Part shown: positions 38,967-47,525 of the stretch, one piece after another
How positions within the stretch are numbered: position 1 is the first letter of the stretch
Layout of the letters: each line of letters begins with the position of its first letter
Source of the DNA: Leptospiraceae bacterium
GTDB lineage: Bacteria; Spirochaetota; Leptospiria; Leptospirales; Leptonemataceae
NCBI GenBank assembly: GCA_040217195.1
Contig: JAVJNR010000002.1
Coordinates: 256,001 to 320,000, forward strand
Reading direction: 5' to 3'
Length of the DNA stretch: 64,000 nt
Notes under the pieces: generated by a model
Seen by the model: the letters and a program-made list of their open reading frames with translations, nothing else
Databases searched by the model: none
Told to the model about the DNA's origin: nothing
Made by a program: the position numbers and the translations under genes

Positions 38967-40245
38967 ACAAACTCCCCAACATTTCCTCAAAGGAAATCGA
39001 CTTCCCCAAAAAGAGATCCAGGATTATCCCCGAGGATTTTATCAATCAGTGTTCCACCGTGTCATGTCCCGGGCTACCAGCGGGCAACTGAATCTAGAAA
39101 TAGGAGATGGAACTCATATATATGGTGAATCCGGCTCAGCGGAGGCGGTAAGTCTACGAGTACTGGATGACAGATTTTTCAAGCACGCCGTGCTGCACGG
39201 AGATATTGGATTCGGTGAAGGTTTTGTAGAAGGTCTATGGGACACAGATGATCTTCATGGAGTGCTGAGCTGGTTTCTGCAGAACGGAGATTCCAATCCT
39301 ACTTTCGCTCAGGGGGCAGCCAAAAGCCTGGTCGTGGGCGGGCTGAATTTTCTGGACAAAGTCGGTCATGCCTTTCGTCGGAATACCCGGCAAGGCAGTC
39401 TTAGAAATATTAGCTATCACTATGATATCTCCAACGATCTGTACAGGCTGATGCTGGATCCAACAATGGCCTATTCTTCTGGCAAATACTCCGAAGGAGT
39501 CAATGATCTGCAGAAGGCTCAGGAAAAGAAATACGAGACTATCTGTCGTAAGCTTGCCCTGAAACCGGATCTGGAGCTGCTTGAAGTGGGCTCCGGCTGG
39601 GGCGGCTTTGCCATATATGCAGCAAAGCACTATGGATGCAAAGTTACTACTGTTACAATTTCGCAGCAGCAGTTTGACTATACCCGGGAATTGATAGAGA
39701 GTGAGGGTATGGAGGATCGTGTTAAGGTTTTGCTTCAGGATTACAGGGATATTGAAGGAACCTATGACCGAATCGTTAGTATTGAAATGGTGGAAGCTCT
39801 GGGTCTTGAATACCACGATACATTCTTCAAGAAAATGAATCAGCTACTTAAAACTCAGGGAATCATGCTAATACAGTGTATAACGTTCCCGGAGAGCTCT
39901 TATGATCGATACGTTCAAAGCATAGATTGGATTGCGAAACACATTTTTCCAGGTTCTCTGTTGCTTTCCCAGTTTGAAGTAATGAAGTCGCTTAAAAGAG
40001 TAACGGATCTCAACATCTATAGCATTGAAAGCCTGGGTCTGAGCTATGCCAGGACTCTGAATGCGTGGTATGAAAGATTCAATGCCAATTTGGAACGGGT
40101 CAGAGAACTGGGTTTTGATGATACGTTCATTCGACTCTGGAATTACTACCTGGCATACTGCGAAGTAGGTTTTGCCAGTCGATACATCAATGATGTTCAC
40201 ATAGTGTTTTCCAGGTCTCAGAATACAGAATTGCCAGACGGTTAA
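38926..40245 (+). CDS. cfa: Cyclopropane-fatty-acyl-phospholipid synthase family methyltransferase
   Basis: Motifs NISYHYDISND, LDPTMAYSS, LEVGSGWG, IVSIEMVE, IFPG and WNYYLAYCE. Confidence 0.9.
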   Translation: MKTKEMRLPMLRSKQTPQHFLKGNRLPQKEIQDYPRGFYQSVFHRVMSRATSGQLNLEIGDGTHIYGESGSAEAVSLRVLDDRFFKHAVLHGDIGFGEGFVEGLWDTDDLHGVLSWFLQNGDSNPTFAQGAAKSLVVGGLNFLDKVGHAFRRNTRQGSLRNISYHYDISNDLYRLMLDPTMAYSSGKYSEGVNDLQKAQEKKYETICRKLALKPDLELLEVGSGWGGFAIYAAKHYGCKVTTVTISQQQFDYTRELIESEGMEDRVKVLLQDYRDIEGTYDRIVSIEMVEALGLEYHDTFFKKMNQLLKTQGIMLIQCITFPESSYDRYVQSIDWIAKHIFPGSLLLSQFEVMKSLKRVTDLNIYSIESLGLSYARTLNAWYERFNANLERVRELGFDDTFIRLWNYYLAYCEVGFASRYINDVHIVFSRSQNTELPDG

Positions 40246-40271
40246 AGAGTCTTAGAACAACGGAGGTATCT

Positions 40272-40520
40272 ATGTCGGAAGAAACAGAAGACATGCTTAT
40301 GAAGAGCATGGAATCCCAGCTGATCACTCTCTATGGAGAGCGGGAATTGCTGCTGGAGGAATTGGGTGTATGCAACGCTCAAGAATTGATCGCACTGATT
40401 AAGAGCATGGAAGCGCAACTGGCAGACCTCTACGCTGATAGGGAGAATGCCATTATAATAGATGGAAATCGGATAACGATTTCGGGCCCAAAGAAGATCT
40501 TTGTCCGAAAGAGTAAATAA
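40272..40520 (+). CDS. 82-aa protein with a 33-aa tandem repeat, directly upstream of pyp
   Basis: GGAGG RBS. KSMESQLITLYGERE and KSMEAQLADLYADRE repeat with a 99-nt period. Confidence 0.85.
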   Translation: MSEETEDMLMKSMESQLITLYGERELLLEELGVCNAQELIALIKSMEAQLADLYADRENAIIIDGNRITISGPKKIFVRKSK

Positions 40521-40546
40521 TTCCGCGAAAGGAAAAGGAGAATACA

Positions 40547-40972
40547 ATGAGTGAAGCAATAATGAAGAAAATCCAGGAGCAAGCCGCCTACTGGGCCCAG
40601 AGCAGTGCCAGGTTTGTGGAAGACACCGTAGTTGAGGAGATTGCTGGCTATGATCGTTCGAAAATCGATGAGCTGCCCCATGGAGTCATTAAGCTGGATG
40701 ATGAAGGGAAGGTCCTATTGTTCAGCCGATATGAATCCCAGAAGTCCGGTGTCCCCGTTGCAGAAGCGGAAGGTAAGCTGTTTTTCAGCCAGGTGGCTCC
40801 CTGCACAAACAATGCAATCTTTCTGGGAGCATTCCAAAAGGGTGTGTCGGAAGGGCATATGGATTTGATTTTTCCTTACACATTTACCTATAAGATGAAA
40901 CCCGCTCCGGTAAAGGTTCATCTGTATCGCAAGGAGGGAACCAGGGATAACTGGGTCTTCATCAAGTGGTAG
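40547..40972 (+). CDS. pyp: Photoactive yellow protein
   Basis: Motifs LPHGVIKLD, FFSQVAPCT (chromophore Cys86, equivalent to Cys69) and YTFTYKMKPAPVKVH..WVFIK align with H. halophila PYP. AAGGAG RBS; adjacent ligase and TAL. Confidence 0.95.
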   Translation: MSEAIMKKIQEQAAYWAQSSARFVEDTVVEEIAGYDRSKIDELPHGVIKLDDEGKVLLFSRYESQKSGVPVAEAEGKLFFSQVAPCTNNAIFLGAFQKGVSEGHMDLIFPYTFTYKMKPAPVKVHLYRKEGTRDNWVFIKW

Positions 40973-42471
40973 ATGTCTGGAAGAATCTACTTTACCGGCG
41001 GCTGAAAGGAAAGTCGGAGCCTTTATTTCTATTCCCGGAGCAAGCCGTGTCAGCTGCGGCTCTGTGGATGGGAGTAAGGCTCTGGTTGCAGCGCTGGCAA
41101 AGAGAAGATCCGGTTGTGTTTGCAGCCATCGGAGCAGGTCCCGAATACCTGGAGGTATTGGTGGCTACGCTGGTGCGAGGAGGTACTTTTGTTGCCGGTC
41201 ATCCGGAACAGGGATTCGAACATCTCAGGACTGAAATCCTGCAGTGGCAACCAGACTTTGTGGTTCTGGATAGGCATTCATCCTTTACAATTCCCGGATA
41301 TAGGATATGCGATGAAGTCAACGAACATCGTAATGCCTTACTGTTAGGCCGGATCCATGGTTACGAAGATTTGCAGGAAAAGCACCCTCTGCGGCAATTC
41401 CACTCATCTGAGCGAAGAATCATTCTTTCCACGTCTGGAACCACAGGTGGTCAGCGAAAATGGGCTATCCTTTCAGACTACAATCTATTTAGCGTATTGC
41501 GCACTCATCTACCCAGACTACAAATGAAAGGCGCTACGGTTCTGAGCGTACTTCCCTGGAATCATGCCTTTGGATTAATACTGGATCTAATTCCTGCACT
41601 CCTCCGGGCTCGCACTATTGTCAGAGACATTCCAGGGGACGCTTCCCGATTTCTCGCTGTTCAGAAACGATTTGGGATTGATTATGTAAGTGCAGTCCCC
41701 GCAGTATTCGATCGTTGGCTAAAGGATGACTCCGTTAAAGATGTAATCGGAAGCTTTACAGGTGGTCTGCTCGGAGGAGCTTCCGTAAATTCTCAACTGG
41801 CCAATGCACTTCGCGGTAGTAGCTTTCGAGTTGGATACGGGCAAACCGAGGCATCACCCGGAATCACTCTTGGAAATGCCGGAGATTTCAAACAGGGATT
41901 TATTGGCAACGTACTGGGATGTGAAGTAGATATCTCACAGGGAACATTGCATTATCGTGGTCCCAACGTTTGCACTGCCATGGTTAATTTCACCGAATCG
42001 CCAGGTATTCAATTCTCTGAATCGACCAGAGTAGCGCTAGAAGATGCAATGCATTCGTTAACTATAGGGATTCAAAAAAGAGATTCGGGTAACTGGCAGG
42101 ACACCGGCGATATAGTCCAGGAAGTGGAGGGCGGTTTCAGATATCTGGGCCGTGCCAATGATAATTTCAAACTCTCCAATGGACGTTTTCTGGATGCCAT
42201 TGCCTGGGAGAAAGCCCTGGAAGAATCCACCGGGTATCATTGCTATATCGTTTCATTTGATGGTGGTTTCAAAGTCTACTTCGCAGCCCCGGACCATGAA
42301 TCCGGTAAACAATCATTCCCTACGATAAAATTACAAGCCAGACAGTCTCTGGGAAAACTAGGCGAATACATTCGAGGGATGGAGTTCCTGCAGGCCCGGG
42401 ATATACCTCGCAGCTCCAAGGGCGATGTGAATCGGTCCGCACTATCCAATCCAAAGGCCGGAGGATCATAA
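40966..42471 (+). CDS. pcl: AMP-dependent ligase, probable p-coumaroyl-CoA ligase for PYP
   Basis: Motifs STSGTTG, LPWNHAFG, GYGQTEASP and DTGD. Overlaps the pyp stop. Substrate inferred from gene context. Confidence 0.8.
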   Translation: MVDVWKNLLYRRLKGKSEPLFLFPEQAVSAAALWMGVRLWLQRWQREDPVVFAAIGAGPEYLEVLVATLVRGGTFVAGHPEQGFEHLRTEILQWQPDFVVLDRHSSFTIPGYRICDEVNEHRNALLLGRIHGYEDLQEKHPLRQFHSSERRIILSTSGTTGGQRKWAILSDYNLFSVLRTHLPRLQMKGATVLSVLPWNHAFGLILDLIPALLRARTIVRDIPGDASRFLAVQKRFGIDYVSAVPAVFDRWLKDDSVKDVIGSFTGGLLGGASVNSQLANALRGSSFRVGYGQTEASPGITLGNAGDFKQGFIGNVLGCEVDISQGTLHYRGPNVCTAMVNFTESPGIQFSESTRVALEDAMHSLTIGIQKRDSGNWQDTGDIVQEVEGGFRYLGRANDNFKLSNGRFLDAIAWEKALEESTGYHCYIVSFDGGFKVYFAAPDHESGKQSFPTIKLQARQSLGKLGEYIRGMEFLQARDIPRSSKGDVNRSALSNPKAGGS

Positions 42472-42472
42472 T

Positions 42473-42994
42473 ATGACTAACAATTCAACGGAAATGGAAG
42501 GGCTAATTTCCAACAGTAAAGTAGAGCATCTTCTGGAATACTTACTCTCCGACGCTCCGCTTTCTGAGGAACAAAAGCAACACTTAACAGAAGAGGCGAA
42601 TACCTGGAAGCAGGACTTGCTAGATCAGTCTTCCATATTTGCGCAAACCAGGCAGCTGCAATCCTACATTGCCCTGCGCTTCACCGAACTGAAGGCTCGC
42701 TGGATTATCTTGAATGCTCGAATACAGGACTGCAACCGCCAGCTGGTTCAGCCAGATCCTGAATTACTCTACCAATCCTCCATTCTCAGTGGATTCCTGG
42801 GTATGCTGGAAGAAGGATTGGAGGCAGGTAGACTGCATCTAATCAATGATGCCCTGGCAAACCAGGCATCAAGTCTGGAAGGCGGGCCGTACGTGGTTAT
42901 CGAGGGAGATCAAGTGATTATTGAAGGAAAGCGAAAGGTGATGATCTATAGAAAGAGCAGTTTAGACGATGATTCTAACAAGCAGTCCTCCTGA
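42473..42994 (+). CDS. Hypothetical helical protein in the PYP operon
   Basis: GGAGG RBS, 1 bp after the ligase stop, overlapping TAL. Its C-terminal motif is shared with the 82-aa protein. Confidence 0.8.
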   Translation: MTNNSTEMEGLISNSKVEHLLEYLLSDAPLSEEQKQHLTEEANTWKQDLLDQSSIFAQTRQLQSYIALRFTELKARWIILNARIQDCNRQLVQPDPELLYQSSILSGFLGMLEEGLEAGRLHLINDALANQASSLEGGPYVVIEGDQVIIEGKRKVMIYRKSSLDDDSNKQSS

Positions 42995-44528
42995 ACCAGA
43001 GCAACTGGAGGCACTGACCGATTCTGTTCAGATCTCTACTGAAGTCCAGCAGGTCGCTATCGTCAGCAGGCAGCATTTTGACCGTGCCGTTGCGGCCGGA
43101 CAGTCTATATACGGAACGACCACCGGCTACGGTCCATTTGTAGGCTTTCAGGCCCGGGAAGATGGAGGAACTGATTTAATTGAGCATTTGCTTGTTGGAA
43201 GCGGCGAAGCATTGCCTCCAGATCTAATCTCCCCGGCCCTTTATTTGAGGGCCTGGACCATGGCCCAGGGAAGGTCTGGAGTGCGAATCCCGGTAATTCA
43301 GGCTTATCTGGATGCACTTGGTATTTGTCAGACAGGAATGTATCCGGAAATTCCATCCATCGGATCTCTGGGTGCCAGCGGTGATCTTATACCTCTGGCT
43401 CATCTATTGAATGCAATTCTTGGCAGGGGCTCATGGAAAGGGCACTCCGGTAAGACCAGAGTTGCAAATCTAGTAAAAGGTCATTCCATGGATAGACGCG
43501 AAGCCCTGGCCTGTATCAATGGAATCAGTTTTAGTAAGGCCGGCGCTTCTCTGACTTACTGCAAGCTGAATCGCCTACTTCGGATACATGAAATACTGAC
43601 AGCCATTCTATACTATCTTCTGGATGCCAACCCGGATCATCTCAGCCCTACTCTTTTTCAGTCTGCGAATCCTTCCAATACAGCCGGTCGAATGCTCAAT
43701 TATCTAAACTCAATAAATAAGCGAGCGAGCCAGGGAAACTCCGGTCATTCAGGCGCGAAAGATCTGCAACACAGCGCAGAAGGCGAAAGCCCGCGTCATG
43801 GCTACGCACTTCAGGCCCCTTACAGTCTTAGATGCGCTCCACAGACCATAAGTGCCTGCCTGGGGCTATTGAATTCTGCCAGAAGCTCTATTTTTCAGGA
43901 TCTTGAAACCATCGATGACAATCCATTGATCGATCCGGAAACAGGTTTTGTAGCTCATGGAGGAAATTTCTTTGGGCAGTCCACTGCATTCGGCAGCGAT
44001 GAGCTTACAATGGCCGCCTGTCAGTCTGGAGTGCTGGCCGAGCGCCAGCTGGCCTTGATTCTGGATCCAGACTTAAATGGCGAAGAGGCATTGATGCTGG
44101 CGAGAAAACCAGGCCATAGCAGCGGGCTTGCAGGACTGCAACTGACTACTACAGCTCTGGTGGCTGAAATGAGAAGTTTGAGCCAAATGCATAGCACCTA
44201 CAGTATTCCTACGAACGGCAAAAACCAGGATATTGTACCTATGGCCTTTCTGGCTTCCAGACGTGCCCACCAGGTTACGATTCATCTTTCGGCTGTTCTA
44301 GGAGCTCTTTTAATGGCTACCAGAAATCTCTGGCAAATGCGAAATGAAAATGAGGTAGTCTTTGATTATCCCTTCTGGCCGGAACATCGTCTTCGAATGC
44401 TCAGCGAAGCAATTGTCCTGGCTGGAGAAATGGAATACCCGGATGAGTCCCTGGGAAAAACCCTTCAATTTTATCAAAGAGCATTAATAAACCGGGAGAT
44501 CTTGAGCGATGAAAATCTATACCCTTGA
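42969..44528 (+). CDS. tal: Aromatic amino acid ammonia-lyase, probable tyrosine ammonia-lyase
   Basis: Motifs IYGTTTGYG, MIO-forming ASG (SLGASGDL), YSLRC, HGGNF and NQDIV. His-Leu at the specificity switch (LIEHL) matches TALs. Confidence 0.87.
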   Translation: MILTSSPPEPEQLEALTDSVQISTEVQQVAIVSRQHFDRAVAAGQSIYGTTTGYGPFVGFQAREDGGTDLIEHLLVGSGEALPPDLISPALYLRAWTMAQGRSGVRIPVIQAYLDALGICQTGMYPEIPSIGSLGASGDLIPLAHLLNAILGRGSWKGHSGKTRVANLVKGHSMDRREALACINGISFSKAGASLTYCKLNRLLRIHEILTAILYYLLDANPDHLSPTLFQSANPSNTAGRMLNYLNSINKRASQGNSGHSGAKDLQHSAEGESPRHGYALQAPYSLRCAPQTISACLGLLNSARSSIFQDLETIDDNPLIDPETGFVAHGGNFFGQSTAFGSDELTMAACQSGVLAERQLALILDPDLNGEEALMLARKPGHSSGLAGLQLTTTALVAEMRSLSQMHSTYSIPTNGKNQDIVPMAFLASRRAHQVTIHLSAVLGALLMATRNLWQMRNENEVVFDYPFWPEHRLRMLSEAIVLAGEMEYPDESLGKTLQFYQRALINREILSDENLYP

Positions 44529-44982
44529 GACTCAGGTTACTCTGAACGCTTCGGTGAAGGAGGCCTGGGAATTCTTTTCTGATCCTGGAAATCTAAGCAC
44601 TATTACACCGGCATCCATGGGCTTTGAGATTACTCAGCAGGATGGAAAATCTATGTATCCGGGGATGATGATTGGTTATCGCCTTCGGCCTTTTGGCGGG
44701 ATTCCTATTGGATGGGTCACTGAGATTACCCATGTCCGGGAGCCCTATTTCTTTGTGGATGAACAACGTTTTGGTCCGTATCGGCTTTGGCATCATAAGC
44801 ATTTCTTCGAAGAAACCGAAAGTGGATTGCATTGCCGGGACCTAGTTCACTATGCATTACCGGGTGGTTTGGCCGGACGGGCGCTGCATCCTTTCCTGAT
44901 TCGTCCACGTCTGGAGCAGATTTTTTCCTTCAGGCGAATGGTACTGTTAAAGATATTTCGTGGTCCGGAAGTAGAGGATTAG
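44509..44982 (+). CDS. SRPBCC family protein
   Basis: Motifs WEFFSDPGNL..ITP, WVTEIT and FVDEQRFGPY..WHHKH. Confidence 0.88.
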   Translation: MKIYTLETQVTLNASVKEAWEFFSDPGNLSTITPASMGFEITQQDGKSMYPGMMIGYRLRPFGGIPIGWVTEITHVREPYFFVDEQRFGPYRLWHHKHFFEETESGLHCRDLVHYALPGGLAGRALHPFLIRPRLEQIFSFRRMVLLKIFRGPEVED

Positions 44983-45184
44983 AGGCAGGCCTAAAAGCCC
45001 TGGAAAATCCAGAATGCCTGGCCGGACTTTTCTGTGATTCGGTGCCGGAAGTAATGCGAACCTATGGCCGTAGCATTTTTCACGCTGCAGTCCAGAGGCC
45101 CTGGACCAAAGAGGTGAAGGATTGCCAACATCTAATTGAATTCTTGCTGGCCTTAGACGATGCAGTCTGATAGAAAGTAAGTCT

Positions 45185-45694
45185 ATGAGAAAGCAAAGGC
45201 AAAACCCCGTCAGGAAGCTGACTCTGTTGATTCTGATTGTAGCGGGATTTTTTCTGGCTAATGTTTCGCTTCAGGCAGAAGGCCAATGGAGCACGGGTCA
45301 GACCTTCGATGCCATTCGCTATGAGGACCAACATGGAAAATTGAGAATCCTGGATGCTTCCGTTCAATATGTAATCTTTCTGGCCGATATGGATGCCAAG
45401 GACAGTCTGCATCAGTTCTTACAGGATGCAGGACAACCCTGGCTGGACAATCACAAGGCTGTGGTCGTTGCAGACATACATGAGATGCCCTATCTGGTAA
45501 GCGTCATGTTTGCTCTTCCAGCCATGCGTGATTACTCCTACGCATTGCATCTAATCCGGGAAGCCGGACCTGGGGAAAGATTTCCTGCGAAAGCCGGTCA
45601 GTTGACATTAATTCGCCTGGAAAACAGAAAAGTCATGAGTATTGAGATCTTTGAGACAGGGAAAGCCTTGATTGAGGCGATTGAATCCAGGTAA
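45185..45694 (+). CDS. Exported hypothetical protein, possibly thioredoxin-like fold
   Basis: Signal peptide (SLQA), then YEDQHG, VADIHEMP and FALPAMRDY. No CxxC. Confidence 0.65.
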   Translation: MRKQRQNPVRKLTLLILIVAGFFLANVSLQAEGQWSTGQTFDAIRYEDQHGKLRILDASVQYVIFLADMDAKDSLHQFLQDAGQPWLDNHKAVVVADIHEMPYLVSVMFALPAMRDYSYALHLIREAGPGERFPAKAGQLTLIRLENRKVMSIEIFETGKALIEAIESR

Positions 45695-45730
45695 GTTTTC
45701 AGCGCGACTTGAATCGCTTCTGGATTAGGC

Positions 45731-46561
45731 CTATTTTTTCTTCTGAGTTGTAGGATCGCCTGCATCCAGAATCAAAGGACCTTTTGTCCTTCCATGAATA
45801 AACTGTTGGACCACCGGGTTGTCGGAGTTTCTAATTTCATCTGGAGTACCTACCATTTCAACCTGACCCTGATAAAGGAATGTAATCCGGTCGGCAATAT
45901 AGTAGGCTGATGCCATATCATGGGTCACAACTATCTGCGTTACGGCAAGCTCGCGCTGGAGCTTTCGCACAAGTTCATTAAATACCTGACTCAAGACAGG
46001 ATCCAGCCCGGATGTAGGCTCATCGTACAATAGTATTTCAGGATTGGTGGTCAGTGCACGCGCAATTCCTGCCCTTTTTTTCATTCCTCCAGAGATATTG
46101 GATGGCAGCAGATTCATGGCAGGCATCAAGCCCATGTACTTTAGCTTCTCTTTTACAATTCCATCGATATCTTCTTCCTTTACCAGGCGATGCTCTCGAA
46201 GAGGTAAAGCCACATTGTCATATACACTTAACCAGTTAATGAGTGCACCACTTTGAAACAGAACTCCCATTCGACCTCTGAGTTTTTCCATTCGCTTCTT
46301 GGAAGCGTGAACCATGGATTCGCCTTCAACCAGAACATCTCCCTTATCCGGACTTAAAAGGCCAATGATATGACGAATACTTACTGACTTTCCGGTGCCC
46401 GAACCTCCCAGAAGAACCATCACTTCTCCTCTGCGGACCTGTATGTCCACGCCCTTCAGAATTTCTCTTTCGCCAAAGGACTTGTGTATTCCTTTCATTT
46501 CTATGACCACTTCGCCAAAAGGGCCAGGCTGTGTTTGGGATTTATTTTCGTAAGGGTCCAT
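45731..46561 (-). CDS. mlaF: MlaF/Mkl-type ABC transporter ATPase
   Basis: Motifs GGSGTGKS, ISGGMKKRAG, LYDEPTSGLDP and VTHD. Confidence 0.9.
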   Translation of the reverse strand: MDPYENKSQTQPGPFGEVVIEMKGIHKSFGEREILKGVDIQVRRGEVMVLLGGSGTGKSVSIRHIIGLLSPDKGDVLVEGESMVHASKKRMEKLRGRMGVLFQSGALINWLSVYDNVALPLREHRLVKEEDIDGIVKEKLKYMGLMPAMNLLPSNISGGMKKRAGIARALTTNPEILLYDEPTSGLDPVLSQVFNELVRKLQRELAVTQIVVTHDMASAYYIADRITFLYQGQVEMVGTPDEIRNSDNPVVQQFIHGRTKGPLILDAGDPTTQKKK

Positions 46562-46600
46562 AGTGTTACTCGGGTTAGAAAGAAACGATACTACAAAAAG

Positions 46601-47443
46601 TCAAAGTGGGGCCCCCGCGGCCAGCCGGAGCATGGTAATTAAATACGCTTCAAGAAATGAAATGGGAGCCTGGCTTTCGCGTAGGTCTTCTGCAAGCAGG
46701 CGACCCTCTCGGAGAACTACCAGAAGGTCTCGAAGGGAAGCATTGGTTCGGTCCAGAAGCACAGGATCATGAAGTAGCAGACTTGCTGTGCCAGTACCGG
46801 GAGTATTGATTTTGTCTGTGGTCTGTGCGATGTTTCGGATGATTCTGCGAATATCGCCCCGGTTTTCGTTCACTACATCGGCGACGATGGTAAGAGGATC
46901 GTCATAGTTCGATGCCTGAACCAGAGATTGTACAGGCCGATTACCACCAGGCAGACTGCCGGTTTTGCGAAAGAATAGCATTTCTTTTGAATTCCAGAGC
47001 ACCGGATCAATGATTGCGCCGCTATTTTCGCTTCCCGGGCGTATATCAATAATCTTATCTGAAATTACAGCCGGATATCTTGTATAGATACGATAATCCG
47101 AGTAGAGTAATGGTAGAGTCCGCATGTTCAACACAGCAATAACTACCTGGCTTGCGCTGGGAGTAGCGGTAGCCGGGTCATTGGAAAGTATGATATGTCC
47201 TTTCGCATCCAGGGGAGTGTACTGTAGATAATTAACATAACCCTGGTCCACTCCAAGTACCTGGACTCGGGACCCAATCTTAATCCCTTCAGCCGACCTC
47301 AGCACCACCGGAAAATAATATTGTAGATCGCGGTTTCGCTCTGCAGGAAGCAGAACGGTAAGACTCATCACTACTATGATAGCCGCCCAGAAAACAGTGC
47401 CGATGATGATTACGGCAGATTTATGTAACCATTTAGATATCAT
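46601..47443 (-). CDS. MCE/MlaD family protein
   Basis: N-terminal TM helix, AEGIKIGSRVQVLGVDQGYV, DKIIDIRPG and a helical tail. Confidence 0.85.
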   Translation of the reverse strand: MISKWLHKSAVIIIGTVFWAAIIVVMSLTVLLPAERNRDLQYYFPVVLRSAEGIKIGSRVQVLGVDQGYVNYLQYTPLDAKGHIILSNDPATATPSASQVVIAVLNMRTLPLLYSDYRIYTRYPAVISDKIIDIRPGSENSGAIIDPVLWNSKEMLFFRKTGSLPGGNRPVQSLVQASNYDDPLTIVADVVNENRGDIRRIIRNIAQTTDKINTPGTGTASLLLHDPVLLDRTNASLRDLLVVLREGRLLAEDLRESQAPISFLEAYLITMLRLAAGAPL

Positions 47444-47525
47444 TGTCTGGTCTGCTCATTCCTCCAGAAGAGTGCAGCGATGGAAAGCACAGCCTCATTG
47501 CCTGAAAATCTGTGGCCTTTGATTC

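Noticed and set aside
42969..44528. Alternative call as histidine ammonia-lyase (hutH)
   Set aside because: The His-Leu specificity residues, the adjacent pyp and CoA ligase, and the absence of hut genes favour TAL.
44832..45170. 112-aa ORF overlapping the SRPBCC gene
   Set aside because: Large overlap, weak start and no motif. A shorter peptide in the gap cannot be excluded.
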